Assembly (NCBI GenBank): GCA_044236265.1
Contig: JBIIGV010000233.1
Location: 5,889-69,888 of the forward strand
Direction: 5' to 3'
Length of the DNA: 64,000 nt
DNA from: Oligoflexales bacterium
Lineage (GTDB): Bacteria; Bdellovibrionota_B; Oligoflexia; Oligoflexales; RGVZ01
Below: more model-generated notes on this DNA
Databases searched by the model: none
The model's input: the letters and a program-made list of their open reading frames with translations, nothing else
Told to the model about the DNA's origin: nothing
The DNA itself: not shown here
Position numbering within the stretch: the first letter of the stretch is position 1

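Overview
The window splits into two parts. Positions 1-27.7 kb hold about 24 ordinary-sized genes of a Gram-negative bacterium, judged from lipoboxes and beta-barrel proteins ending in an aromatic residue. They are a TesA-like esterase overlapping an ABC ATPase, an MFS transporter, and a compact pyrimidine-salvage/catabolism cluster (udk <> mmsA, GTP-cyclohydrolase-II-like, DUF1688-like, upp) that mirrors the yeast URC uracil-degradation pathway. They also include a secreted S1-like peptidase with five 4-Cys repeats, a ceramidase-like membrane protein, several hypothetical secreted proteins, and two divergent small Cys-rich secreted peptides. The rest are a two-gene nuclease/helicase module, an acyl-CoA dehydrogenase, a lipoprotein-lipoprotein-FadL-like OMP operon, and a LysM-like/Pro-rich/beta-barrel protein. 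From 27831 to the window end (more than 36 kb) there is one uninterrupted + strand reading frame. The supplied ORF track does not list it, because it never reaches a stop codon inside the window. It encodes at least 12,056 residues: a lipoprotein signal peptide, a roughly 430-aa non-repetitive head, one 5-domain unit, then 14 complete and 1 partial copies of a 750-754-codon super-repeat. Each super-repeat has seven Ig/cadherin-like beta-sandwich modules in the order A-B-A-B-A-C-D. The dozens of 60-199-aa minus-strand and alternative-frame ORFs listed between 27.9 and 63.5 kb are shadow ORFs of this gene. I saw no rRNA, tRNA, CRISPR array, transposase or integrase. Family names and novelty cannot be verified without database searches. 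The organism is unknown; a secretome-rich, possibly predatory (Bdellovibrionota-like) lineage is only a guess.
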